IMG/VR virus record: IMGVR_UViG_3300037137_001341
Span: 1-64,000 of that record
Strand: one strand, 5' to 3'
Source of the DNA: a virus
Length of the DNA stretch: 64,000 bases
A program made the position numbers and the translations under genes. The notes below the pieces were generated by a model that was given only the letters and a program-made list of their open reading frames with translations, was not told where the DNA came from and did no database searches. This document shows positions 36,753 to 45,773 of the stretch, one piece after another (positions within the stretch are counted from its first letter, which is position 1; each line of letters begins with the position of its first letter).

Positions 36753-36803
36753 TGGCCCGCCGCGCCGGGGTCGAACCGGCCGCGCCCCCGGACGGGGCGG
36801 CGG
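36753..36803 (-). ncRNA. tRNA-like mini-RNA (acceptor stem + T-arm + NCCA, no canonical D or anticodon arm)
   Basis: CCGCCGC-16nt-GCCGG-TTCGACC-CCGGC-GCGGCGG-G-CCA; intergenic. Confidence 0.65.
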
Positions 36804-36812
36804 GGCATGTGC

Positions 36813-36962
36813 TCAGCGGCTCAGGGCCCGCAGCGCGTCGAGCCCGCGGGCGATGCCCCGCGCGACCCGCTGCGCATCGCGCAGGCCAAACTCGTGAATC
36901 AGGGCCCGCAGCGTGTCGAAGTGCGCGCCGTCGTCGCTCGCGTCGATCTGGGTCGTGGTCAT
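36813..36962 (-). CDS. Small hypothetical protein MTTTQIDASDD... (49 aa)
   Basis: GGGAG SD; internal DxLRAL repeat. Confidence 0.5.
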   Translation of the reverse strand: MTTTQIDASDDGAHFDTLRALIHEFGLRDAQRVARGIARGLDALRALSR

Positions 36963-37039
36963 GTTCGTGATCTCCCGTCATATGCTGCAGGCGCTCGCCG
37001 ACCCGGACCATCCAGGCCGGCGGGCTCCCGCGTTCCGTC

Positions 37040-38116
37040 TCAGAGGGTGAAGGCGCTCAGGTCGATGGCCGGCGTCGCGGCGTCCGCGGCGGGCTCCGAA
37101 GCTGGCGCCTCGGGGTCGCGCTCCGCAGCGCCCAGCGTGGCGCCCTCGGCTTCGAGCCAGTCCGGGATCTCCAGATCCGCGGCCGACTGCGCCGCGGCAT
37201 AGGCCGCCGCAATCCCGCTGCAGATCCGCTCCAGGCGTGCCGCGTGGCCCGCCAACATGTCCCGCACGGGGCCCAGGCTGTTGAGCAGCGCGACCGATTC
37301 GGACCGGCGCCGCGCCAGCGTCGCGTACTTCGCCTTGCCGGCGATCTTCTCGCCCTTCAGCTTGGCGAGCAATTCCGCCGCCTGCTTCTCGGCGTCGTCG
37401 ATCACGGCGTCGGACATCGCCGTGGCATTGTCGCCGTGCTGCGTGACGTCCACCACGGACGCCCGGAGCCCGGTGCGCGTGGTCGGATCGTAGTACATGG
37501 CCCGGAGTTCCCGGAGACAGGCGACGACGCGCTCCGCGGTCGGGTCCCCGGCGCGCAGGACATATGACCCGCGGGCAATGAACCGGTAGGCGTGAGCCTC
37601 TTCGAGCACGACGGACAGGATCCGCGAGACGACGGCCGCGTCAGCGTGCGGGACAAGGCGCAAGGCCTGGCGGCGCAGCTGGTCAGCGAACGCCATGCAG
37701 GCGGGGTCCGCGGCGCCGCCAATCGGCGGGGCGACAAAGATCCCGGCGGGACACGAGAAGACCCGCGCGCCGGGCACCTTGGCCGCCTGCTCCGTGCCAG
37801 TCTGCACGCTGCGCTCTACCTGATAGGACGTGACGTGATCCCCGTCCTTGTGATCCAGTTCCGTGACCGAGAGCCCGTCGCGCCGGTTGGCGCCGACCCG
37901 GCCGACGACGAGCGAGAGCGCCCGCACCTCGTCCACGTCGCGCATGCGCTTCGCGGCCTTGCTCAGTCCGTGCCGCTCGAAGAGCGCCGCGAGATCCTCG
38001 CGGGGGGCGTCCGTGAACCCGGGGTACAAGACCCCGGTCTGGTAGGCGACGGTCGCGCCGCCCTTGGCAGCGTCGGCGACGAGCGCCTCGGCGGATTCGA
38101 TGGAACGTAGGGACAT
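37040..38116 (-). CDS. Hypothetical protein (possibly DUF6744-like), C-terminal SAFTL tag
   Basis: 358 aa, helical C-half, near the MoxR/vWA genes; family assignment tentative. Confidence 0.65.
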   Translation of the reverse strand: MSLRSIESAEALVADAAKGGATVAYQTGVLYPGFTDAPREDLAALFERHGLSKAAKRMRDVDEVRALSLVVGRVGANRRDGLSVTELDHKDGDHVTSYQVERSVQTGTEQAAKVPGARVFSCPAGIFVAPPIGGAADPACMAFADQLRRQALRLVPHADAAVVSRILSVVLEEAHAYRFIARGSYVLRAGDPTAERVVACLRELRAMYYDPTTRTGLRASVVDVTQHGDNATAMSDAVIDDAEKQAAELLAKLKGEKIAGKAKYATLARRRSESVALLNSLGPVRDMLAGHAARLERICSGIAAAYAAAQSAADLEIPDWLEAEGATLGAAERDPEAPASEPAADAATPAIDLSAFTL

Positions 38117-38153
38117 GCTCGGGGGACCTTTCAGCGTGGGGATGGTTTCGTGG

Positions 38154-38173
38154 TACTTGACCGGGAACGGGGG
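38154..38173 (-). promoter_or_regulatory. Early promoter-like motif CCCCCGTTCCCGGTCAAGTA
   Basis: 20/20 identical to 42696-42715. Confidence 0.75.
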
Positions 38174-38182
38174 GGGCGGGGC

Positions 38183-38770
38183 TCAGAGCCCGACCGGGGC
38201 GGCGGCGTTACGCGGGGCGACGTAGGGGCCCGCGGCGCGGTACTCGTGCGCCAGCTTGGCGGGGCTCGCCGTGCGGCCGAGGCTGTAGTCTCCGGCGACC
38301 GGGGCGCCGTGGCCGGGGCGATTGCGCGCCGTGATCTGGGGACCGTTGCCGCTGCAGTCGGGGGCCGCCTTGACGGCGGGGGCCGTGATAGCCGGGCGCT
38401 CGCCCTCGCCGGTCAGGACCCACTCGCGCCAGGTGGCGCGCCGCACGACGGGGGAGGGAAGGACGGGCGCCCGCGAGGGGGCCGGGCTCGCGCTGCGCGC
38501 CGGGGGGGCCGCGGAGAGCGCCGCCGCGATGCGTGCTTCGAGATCCCGGAGGAGAGCCGGGCGCGCCGTGCGGGCGTCAAGGCCAGCGTCGCGAGCCAGG
38601 GCCACCGCGGCGCGGTCCGTGGGGGCGAGCACAATCAGGGTGCTCATTCCGCCGTCGCGGTCGGTTGCGACCTGGACGGTGTAGCCGTTGACGGCCTTGC
38701 CATCCTTCAGCGCACGGCGGACCGTGCTGCCCTGGCGGGCGGTGAGCTTGGGGGAGTGCGTGGGGTTCAT
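38183..38770 (-). CDS. Ala/Pro-rich hypothetical protein, first gene of the left arm
   Basis: ATG 4 nt below the promoter-like motif. Confidence 0.6.
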   Translation of the reverse strand: MNPTHSPKLTARQGSTVRRALKDGKAVNGYTVQVATDRDGGMSTLIVLAPTDRAAVALARDAGLDARTARPALLRDLEARIAAALSAAPPARSASPAPSRAPVLPSPVVRRATWREWVLTGEGERPAITAPAVKAAPDCSGNGPQITARNRPGHGAPVAGDYSLGRTASPAKLAHEYRAAGPYVAPRNAAAPVGL

Positions 38771-38774
38771 ACCT

Positions 38775-38934
38775 CACATGCCCAGGAATGGGGGTCGGAC
38801 CCCGTGCGGAATCGACCGTTATGATAAACTCAGAGAAGTATAACGATGGGGGGGTGCAGCCTTGTGATAAAAAACTTTATGTTAACGTACGGGGTCTGGA
38901 GCCCCCGAGCCCAGCCCCCATTCCTGGTCATGTA
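38775..38934. promoter_or_regulatory. Divergent control region: inverted motif pair flanking an AT-rich core
   Basis: CCCCCATTCCTGGGCATGTG (-, 38775-38794) and CCCCCATTCCTGGTCATGTA (+, 38915-38934); AT-rich at about 38819-38890. Confidence 0.8.
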
Positions 38935-38938
38935 CGGC

Positions 38939-39157
38939 ATGAACCCCCGACCCTCCCCCGCCCCCCGCCGCAAGGTGCCGGCCCCCGTCGCGCAAGCGAC
39001 GCGGCCGAACCGACCCGAGACGCGCGCCTACGCCGTCGCCTTGGCAGCTGCCGACGCTGTAGATGACGCCCGCAAGGCGCTCGCCGCGGCTGAGCGCGCG
39101 TCAGCCCTCGCGTGGGCCGCGTACCACGCTACTGCCCCCCTATTCCTGGCCAAGTAG
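38939..39157 (+). CDS. Ala-rich hypothetical protein, first gene of the right arm
   Basis: ATG 4 nt below the motif; starts MNP like its divergent partner. Confidence 0.55.
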   Translation: MNPRPSPAPRRKVPAPVAQATRPNRPETRAYAVALAAADAVDDARKALAAAERASALAWAAYHATAPLFLAK

Positions 39158-39199
39158 CCCGAACCACCCCGAACCGAACCACCGAAAGGATCACGCATC

Positions 39200-40396
39200 A
39201 TGGGAAGCCTCGCCACAATTCACGCCGCAACGGACGCGGCACCGGTCATTGACCTGGCCGACGTCCGGCGCCGCCTCACGGCGAACCGCACGGCGCTCGC
39301 CGGCCGGTTCTGGGAGCGCGCGGACATTCTGCAGGGCTTGGACGTCGCTGCAGTCGCCGCGGAACATGTGCTCATGGTTTCGCCGCCTGGCACGGCGAAG
39401 TCTGACCTTGCCCGCACGTGGGCCGCGCAATTCGCGGGCGTCTACCGGGAGGATCTGTTCACCCGGCAGAGCACGGAGGCGGACCACCTCGCGTACCTGG
39501 ACGTCGGCAAGTTCAGCACCCCACCGCACGTGTACGTCTACAAGACGGAGGGCAAGATCACGGAAGCACACTTCGCGTTCGCGGACGAGTGCTTCAAGGC
39601 CACGGGCGGCTTCCTGAACGCCCTCCTCGGGTGGCTCAATGAGCGCAGCGTGCGCGGCGGGCATGTGTCCCCCTTGATCACGTGCGTCGCCGCCAGCAAT
39701 GAGTTTGGCGAAGACGAAAGCGTGGCCGCGCTCGAAGATCGGTTGCTGATCCGGTACGAGGTGACGCCGATCGGGAAGCGAGCAAACCGGCTGGCCTTCC
39801 TCGCGGCCAGCGCCCAGCCCGCCGCGCCGCTCACATTGGAGCCGATCACGGTGGACGAGATCCGGGCGGCACATGTCGCGGCCCGGTCGCTGCCGGTCGA
39901 CGCCCTCGTCGTCGAGGCGGTAGCCGACGTCCAGGATGCGCTGAGGGGCGCCGGGGTCTATGTCTCGGACCGCCGGGCCCGCAAGTGTATCCGAATCCTG
40001 CAGGCCTATGCCTGGGTCACGGGGAGCGCGACGGTCGAGATCGACCACGTTGACTTCCTCCGGGATGTGCTCTGGCGCCGGCCGGAGGACAAGCCCGCGG
40101 TGCAGACTGCGCTCGGTGCCGTGAACCGGGGCATGATCGGCGAGATCAAGGTGATCGTCACCCGGCTCCTGGACATGTACCACGAGGCCAAGGGGCAGGC
40201 CGACTTTCCGAGCCGCGCCGCTCGCATCGCGGAGCAGCTGGATCTCGGCGGGCGCGAGATCAAGGCCAAGTACGGTGGCCGGATCCCGGACGCGGTGAAA
40301 GAGCGCGCCAAGGGCTACCTCGGCGAGCTTCGCAGTGCCTACGAGCACTGCAAGCAGGTGGACGCAAAGCTCCCCTACGCGGGGGGCGGCGTCTAA
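39200..40396 (+). CDS. MoxR/RavA-like AAA+ ATPase
   Basis: SPPGTAKS Walker A, FADECFKA Walker B, ASNE, ALEDR, SDRR. Confidence 0.9.
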   Translation: MGSLATIHAATDAAPVIDLADVRRRLTANRTALAGRFWERADILQGLDVAAVAAEHVLMVSPPGTAKSDLARTWAAQFAGVYREDLFTRQSTEADHLAYLDVGKFSTPPHVYVYKTEGKITEAHFAFADECFKATGGFLNALLGWLNERSVRGGHVSPLITCVAASNEFGEDESVAALEDRLLIRYEVTPIGKRANRLAFLAASAQPAAPLTLEPITVDEIRAAHVAARSLPVDALVVEAVADVQDALRGAGVYVSDRRARKCIRILQAYAWVTGSATVEIDHVDFLRDVLWRRPEDKPAVQTALGAVNRGMIGEIKVIVTRLLDMYHEAKGQADFPSRAARIAEQLDLGGREIKAKYGGRIPDAVKERAKGYLGELRSAYEHCKQVDAKLPYAGGGV

Positions 40397-40404
40397 GAAT
40401 CTCC

Positions 40405-40439
40405 CCCGGCCACGGCGGCACCCAGCGGCCGTGGCCGGG
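40405..40439 (+). terminator. 12-bp GC hairpin between the ATPase and vWA genes
   Basis: CCCGGCCACGGC/GCCGTGGCCGGG; no U-tract. Confidence 0.4.
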
Positions 40440-40506
40440 CTACTCGGGTGACCGTGCCAACGGTACGATCTCCCGACTAGCCCGCTGCAACCCAAACGGA
40501 GGACAC

Positions 40507-41673
40507 ATGCTCACGTTCGCACAAGCTCGACGACGTCACAGCTTCTTCGGAAGCGTCGTGGACGCCAATAACGAGGGCCTCGCAGCCGACGCTTACGCCG
40601 GGGTCACAGGCCTGGGCGGCGAAGCCGGCGGCCTGGTCACGCTCGCGGTCGCCGATACGATGCCCACGGAATATGCCGTGCTGCTGGCGACCGATGACAT
40701 CGCCGCCGCGTTCGCGGCCAGCTGCGCTCTCGAAGCGTTCGCCGAACAAGTCCCGCCGCGGACACCGTACGAGGCACGCAAGATCGCGGACGAGGGCTGG
40801 CGCCGGTTCCGCGTGCTGGCCGACCAGGCCGGTCACCAGGATCACGGGCTCGGCGGGGACATGTCCGCCGCATGGGTCGTGTTCAAGACCGTGCAGGATC
40901 TCCAGCCGGACCCCGAGAAGATCAAGCGCATCGCGCTGCTCGCCGGGCGCATGTACCAGGCGCTCCGCGGCCAGAAGGATCGCCGCGTCAAGGGGATCCC
41001 GGAGGAAGTGATCGGGACGGAAACGGGCGGCGACGTCGCTGCTCTGCTCCCGTCAGAGTGGGCCCTGCTCGCAACGGACCCGACGCGCCGGCACCTGTTC
41101 GGCCAGATCGCGGAACGCCGCGCGCTGCAGTACGAGCGGGCCGGCAAAGAGAAGAAAGCTCGCGGTCCCCTGGTCATAGCCCTGGACGAATCGGGGTCGA
41201 TGGCGGAAGGGCGCGACGAATGGGCCAAGGCCGCGATGACGGCTCTCACGCGGATCGCGTGGGAGGAGAAGCGGCCCGTCGTGATCGTACACTTCAGCAC
41301 GGCAACCCGCGTGCAGGTACTCAAGCCCGGCGACAAGGCGGGTGTGGTCAAGGCGCAGCACACGTTCTTGGACGGCGGAACCGACATCGGCGCCGCTCTC
41401 CGGGTCGGCGTGGACGAGGTTGCAGCCCTCGCGACGCAAGGGCACCGCGGGGCCGACGTCGTGCTCGTGTCGGACGGCGGCGACGCCGGCCAGCGTGTGG
41501 GCGACGCCCTGAAGGATATGTCCAAGGCGGGGACGCGGCTCTGGAGCATCGCGATCGACACGCCGTTCCACGGTCCCCTGAAGGACCAGGCGTCGGAGTA
41601 CATCCACCTGACCGACGCGGACATGACCAGCGCAACGGGCGCGAAGAAGCTCGCCGGGGCGGTGACGCCGTGA
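40507..41673 (+). CDS. vWA-domain protein (ViaA-like)
   Basis: [26 protein letters not shown]. Confidence 0.9.
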   Translation: MLTFAQARRRHSFFGSVVDANNEGLAADAYAGVTGLGGEAGGLVTLAVADTMPTEYAVLLATDDIAAAFAASCALEAFAEQVPPRTPYEARKIADEGWRRFRVLADQAGHQDHGLGGDMSAAWVVFKTVQDLQPDPEKIKRIALLAGRMYQALRGQKDRRVKGIPEEVIGTETGGDVAALLPSEWALLATDPTRRHLFGQIAERRALQYERAGKEKKARGPLVIALDESGSMAEGRDEWAKAAMTALTRIAWEEKRPVVIVHFSTATRVQVLKPGDKAGVVKAQHTFLDGGTDIGAALRVGVDEVAALATQGHRGADVVLVSDGGDAGQRVGDALKDMSKAGTRLWSIAIDTPFHGPLKDQASEYIHLTDADMTSATGAKKLAGAVTP

Positions 41674-41948
41674 TCACCGTGCTGCAGACCAACCTCGGCT
41701 CCAAGGGGCACGAGTATCACATCACGCGGGCACATGACGGGACGGTCTACTGCGACTGCCCTGGCTGGAAGTTCTCGAAGGCGAGCCCGAAGTCGTGCAA
41801 GCACCTGGATCGCTGGAACGCGACCGCCCTCTACCGCACCGCAACGGTCACGGTGCAGGCGCCGCGGCCGGCGGCCCCGGTGCAGCATGTCCCCGCGGCC
41901 ATGCAACAACCAGCGGGCGAGGTTTTCCAGTCGTTCGACTGGCTCTAG
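41670..41948 (+). CDS. SWIM zinc-finger protein, C-terminal SFDWL tag
   Basis: YCDCPGWKF...CKH. Confidence 0.8.
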   Translation: MITVLQTNLGSKGHEYHITRAHDGTVYCDCPGWKFSKASPKSCKHLDRWNATALYRTATVTVQAPRPAAPVQHVPAAMQQPAGEVFQSFDWL

Positions 41949-41956
41949 GAGGACAC

Positions 41957-42271
41957 ATGACCACCGAGATCAGACTCGGAGACGTCGTGCAGAACGTCGT
42001 CGTGCAGAACGTGGGGCTCGCGTACCCGCGCTGGGTGCTCACCGATGTTCACCCGACTACGCTCCATATGTACGTGTGGATGGATGAGCGCGGCAACAAG
42101 GTGGACGACTACTTCCGCTGGGACAACGGCGAGCGTGTCATCGGCCACGTGGGGGACATGCTGGCGGAAGGGCTGGTGGCGCTCTTGCTTGGCGGCCCAG
42201 CCGTCGAGCCCCGCCGCGGACACCCGGAGGTCGCCACTGGCGAGGTCTTCGCCTCGCTCGACTGGATCTGA
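41957..42271 (+). CDS. Hypothetical protein, C-terminal FASLDWI tag
   Basis: AGGAGGACACATG start. Confidence 0.65.
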   Translation: MTTEIRLGDVVQNVVVQNVGLAYPRWVLTDVHPTTLHMYVWMDERGNKVDDYFRWDNGERVIGHVGDMLAEGLVALLLGGPAVEPRRGHPEVATGEVFASLDWI

Positions 42272-42277
42272 GGACAC

Positions 42278-42679
42278 ATGCCGAACTTCGAGACGGACGA
42301 CAACAGCACGGACGATCGCTCGTTCCTGGACAACGGCGTCGTGCACCGCACGATCGACAAGTGCGACCACTGCTTCCGCGAGATCGACACGACGGGCGAC
42401 CCGAGCCCGACGTGTCCGTGCTGCGGGAACACGTCATGGGTGCGCGTGACCCTGACCGACCACTGCCCGTGGAGCTTCGCTGGCTGTCGCGGCCCGAGGG
42501 CGTCCGTCATGGAACATATCTGCGCGCAGTGCTTGAACACCCTGGCGGTCTGGGACCGGGTGGCACGCGCCGAACTCGTCTGCATGTGCCCCGCGTGCAT
42601 CGGTTCGGTCCCTCCCGAGGACCCCGTCTGTCCGGCAAGCCCCGGCTCCAAAGACGGCGACCCGTTCGATTGGCTCTGA
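42278..42679 (+). CDS. Cys-rich protein, C-terminal DPFDWL tag
   Basis: Multiple CxxC pairs. Confidence 0.65.
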   Translation: MPNFETDDNSTDDRSFLDNGVVHRTIDKCDHCFREIDTTGDPSPTCPCCGNTSWVRVTLTDHCPWSFAGCRGPRASVMEHICAQCLNTLAVWDRVARAELVCMCPACIGSVPPEDPVCPASPGSKDGDPFDWL

Positions 42680-42695
42680 CCCCCCGCGTCACGAC

Positions 42696-42715
42696 CCCCC
42701 GTTCCCGGTCAAGTA
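42696..42715 (+). promoter_or_regulatory. Early promoter-like motif CCCCCGTTCCCGGTCAAGTA
   Basis: Intergenic; identical to 38154-38173. Confidence 0.75.
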
Positions 42716-42739
42716 GACCAGAAGAAAGAAGGTAACCCG

Positions 42740-43144
42740 ATGCCCCCCTATGGACGAGACGAGCAGGTTCAAGCCCTGCACATGCTGAACGTGCTGGAGC
42801 GCGCCAAGGCGCTGATTGCGGCCATCGCGTCATCCGGCGGGATCGCCAAGGCGGATCTGTCTCAGGAGGGGATCCGCGACGCGCTCCGCAGCCTGTTCGA
42901 TGAGACGAGCAAACTGCAGGTGTACGAGTCACGAGCCGCGGCACGCGGCACCCTCTCGAAGCTGGACGACGAGGGGCTCGCTCTCGCAATCAAAGGCGTG
43001 CGGGATGGTCGCATCCTGACGGCTGGCGAGCAGGACGTGCGAAACGCGACGCCCGAGCAGATCGCGGAGGCCTTCTCGCTGGACGACGTCGAGCCCGTCA
43101 AGGCTCCCGAGCCCGGCAAGCCCGAGGACGCTTTCTCTCTCTAG
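42740..43144 (+). CDS. Hypothetical protein with duplicated EAFSL/DAFSL tag
   Basis: ...EAFSLDDV...EDAFSL*. Confidence 0.7.
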   Translation: MPPYGRDEQVQALHMLNVLERAKALIAAIASSGGIAKADLSQEGIRDALRSLFDETSKLQVYESRAAARGTLSKLDDEGLALAIKGVRDGRILTAGEQDVRNATPEQIAEAFSLDDVEPVKAPEPGKPEDAFSL

Positions 43145-43152
43145 GAGAACAC

Positions 43153-43401
43153 ATGACCATGATCGCAACGCGCTTCCGGTGTGCCAGCCCCGACCCGCTC
43201 CGGTGTCGGTACACTGACTGCATCGAGCAGCACCCGGCGGCGCCGGATTCGCTGGACGATGGCATCGAAGAGGCCGAGGAGGAGCGGATCACCTGTCCGA
43301 GCTGCCGGCGGGACATGGGCCTCCCGGATCTCAGTGACGAGGAGCGGGCAGCGGCGCGGAAGGGCCAGTACCTCACGGTGCCGCGACTGGAGAACACATG
43401 A
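43153..43401 (+). CDS. Zn-ribbon hypothetical protein
   Basis: GGAGAACACATG start; CPSC. Confidence 0.6.
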   Translation: MTMIATRFRCASPDPLRCRYTDCIEQHPAAPDSLDDGIEEAEEERITCPSCRRDMGLPDLSDEERAAARKGQYLTVPRLENT

Positions 43402-43688
43402 CCACGACGAACGATGACAAGGGGCCGCTGTTCCAGACTGGCGAGATCGTCGCCACCCCCGGCGTGATGGAGGCGGTGACGCCCGAGCAGCTGGGCACGG
43501 CTCTCCACCGACACATGTCCGGGGACTGGGGCGACGCGGATCTCGAAGACGCCCACGCCAACAACATGTCGCTGCTGGATGGCTCGCGTCTGCTGTCCGT
43601 CTACAAGGCTGGCGAGACGAAGTTCTGGATCATCACGGAGGCAGAGCCCCGAGAGGTCACGACGTTTTTGCTGCCCGAGGAGTACTGA
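43398..43688 (+). CDS. Conserved plasmid/phage-related protein
   Basis: GEIVATPGV...RH..GDWGD...RLLSVY...WIITEA...TTFLLPEEY. Confidence 0.8.
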   Translation: MTTTNDDKGPLFQTGEIVATPGVMEAVTPEQLGTALHRHMSGDWGDADLEDAHANNMSLLDGSRLLSVYKAGETKFWIITEAEPREVTTFLLPEEY

Positions 43689-43690
43689 AC

Positions 43691-44257
43691 ATGTCCGTGG
43701 TCAAGCCGTACCTGGAGGGCATGGTCGCGCTGCGAGCGCGCATGCCGCAGCCCACGCGGAAGCTCGCCTATTCGTGCTTCGAGGAGTTCGTGCTCAAGCA
43801 CGGCCGCGAGTACGACAAGGCGCCCCTCTCCGCGGAGCAGCGCAAGTATGTGCTGGCGACCGCGAAACGCTACGGAAGGCCCTTCGAGGTCCGACAGTGC
43901 TTCTACAACGCGCAGCTTCACATGCTGTTCGGTGGGGACCACGAGGAGCGGCTGACCTACTGCGAGGGCTACGGCGTCCGGTACATCCCGTGCTTGCACG
44001 GGTGGCTCGTGCTCGACGGCACGCACGTCATCGACACGACCTGGCGCATGGACAAGCCGATGGGCCGCGGCGCGCTGGCGAACCGCGCGCTCGGAACCTG
44101 GAACGATGAGCGGGCCTACTTCGGCGTGACGTTCTCCCGTGAGTACGTGAGCCGGTACGTGGTCGAGCGGGCGCACGGCGGCTCGCTGCTCGAAGATTTC
44201 AAAGGGGACTATCCCCTGCTCACCGGCGCGGTTGAGCGCGAGACGTGGGCTGCCTGA
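43691..44257 (+). CDS. Transglutaminase-like (Cys-His-Asp) protein
   Basis: QCFYNA, YCEGY, HGWL, VIDTTW. Confidence 0.65.
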   Translation: MSVVKPYLEGMVALRARMPQPTRKLAYSCFEEFVLKHGREYDKAPLSAEQRKYVLATAKRYGRPFEVRQCFYNAQLHMLFGGDHEERLTYCEGYGVRYIPCLHGWLVLDGTHVIDTTWRMDKPMGRGALANRALGTWNDERAYFGVTFSREYVSRYVVERAHGGSLLEDFKGDYPLLTGAVERETWAA

Positions 44258-44277
44258 TCTGAACCGAGGAGGAACAC

Positions 44278-45172
44278 ATGTCCGAGAAGAGCCCGAGAGA
44301 TTACGGCATGGGGATGCCCGACGTGCGCGGCGCGCCTCGCGTCGCCGAGATCCTGAAGAGCGGCGCGGACGGCTATGCGTGCCCGAACTGCGGGTGCGAG
44401 ACGATCGCGAAGATCGAGATCGACGTCGTTGACGCACGGCTGCACGGCGGCCACGGCACCGGGCGCTACGTCGGCTGCCCGGCATGTCCCTGGGCGAGCC
44501 CGATGGTCACCATGGCGGCGGGACCAGCGAAGGGGGATGCGTGAAGAAGAAGGCGACGGCGAAGAAGCGGCGTACGAAGATGCCCTGCGTCGACTGCGGC
44601 GGGCTGGGTGTTATCTTATTTCGCTTCTGGCTCAGCGACATCCTTCCGCTGATGGATGCGAACCTCGACGAGCAGCGCGCTACCATCTACCGCTGCGACA
44701 CATGCCGCAAGTACGCCGACAACCACGAGGCGAGCCAGGCTATCGAGGGCAAGGCGCGCCTGTACGACGAGATCATGGCGGTGCGCCCGGAGCACTTGCG
44801 CAAGAGAGGAGCCGCGTGATGCCGGCGCTCGGCCGGAAGTGGAGCGCGACGTACGGGCTCGAAGAGCACGCCGACCACGTCGAGTGCCTGCTCAGGAATA
44901 TCCTCGCCGTGATTCACGAGGACGGCGGGGAGCACACCAACAGTCTCGGGCTCGTCCCGTCATGTGCCGACGCGCTCGACAAGATCGCTGCGTGGCGCTC
45001 TCACGTCTGCCCCGACCCGGAGGATGTGGTGGACGAAACCATCGACAGCCTGGAGGAGAATCTCTCCGAGTGCGAGGACGAGTGCGAGGATCTGCGTGGA
45101 CAACTGTTCGACGCGAACGAGAAGCTCGGTGCAATCCGCATCGCGCTCAAGGACGCGCTGCGTGAGGAGTAG
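44278..45172 (+). CDS. Three coupled hypothetical genes (44278-44544 Zn ribbon, 44541-44819 Zn ribbon, 44819-45172 acidic coiled coil)
   Basis: SD and overlapping start-stops; CxxC pairs. Confidence 0.6.
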
Positions 45173-45176
45173 ACAC

Positions 45177-45773
45177 ATGTCCGACGAAAAGAACGACAAG
45201 AGCCAGCCCATCTTCTTCAGCGCGAAGGAATCCGAGGCACATGCGGAGGAGATCGCGTCGGTGATGGTCAAGGCTCTGGAGGCGGCCGTCAGCGAGTCCA
45301 AGCACCCCGTGTGGGCGCTAGCCGCGCTGCGCATGGCGACATGTGCCATGCGTCGAGCCTTGATCAAGGAGGACTACATGGACGAAGAGGCCGCGAAAAC
45401 CATGGAGGAATGGGTGGACGGCTGCATCACGGCCGAGCCCGATTTCGGTGCCGCTCTGGCCGAGCGGGAGATGTTCCGGCGATCGGTCAAGATGCCGGAC
45501 ACGGAGGGCGGGCATAACATGCAGGCGGCTATCAACGCCGGCACGCAGTGCCTCAACACCGCGTCGGAGTACGCGACGGACCCGATGGGGATCCTGGTTG
45601 TGCTCACCGCTGCCAGGTACATGGCCATGGCGGTGTTCAAGCACGAGCACCCAGACGACTACGAGGAGGCGTACACGTTGCTGCGCGCCTTCGAGAACAC
45701 CATCAGGCCGAAGGCCGTCGGCGTCGTGGAGGTTGCGCGGGATACGACCATGTCGAAGGGAGGAAGCGCGTGA
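45177..45773 (+). CDS. Helical hypothetical protein
   Basis: GAGGAG...ACACATG start. Confidence 0.65.
   Translation: MSDEKNDKSQPIFFSAKESEAHAEEIASVMVKALEAAVSESKHPVWALAALRMATCAMRRALIKEDYMDEEAAKTMEEWVDGCITAEPDFGAALAEREMFRRSVKMPDTEGGHNMQAAINAGTQCLNTASEYATDPMGILVVLTAARYMAMAVFKHEHPDDYEEAYTLLRAFENTIRPKAVGVVEVARDTTMSKGGSA

Noticed and set aside
36753-36803. Canonical tRNA gene
   Set aside because: It lacks D and anticodon arms, so it is reported as tRNA-like only.
39159-39187. CCGAAC(C) short repeats as iterons
   Set aside because: There are only three or four 6-8-nt copies in a 5' UTR, too little to support a function.
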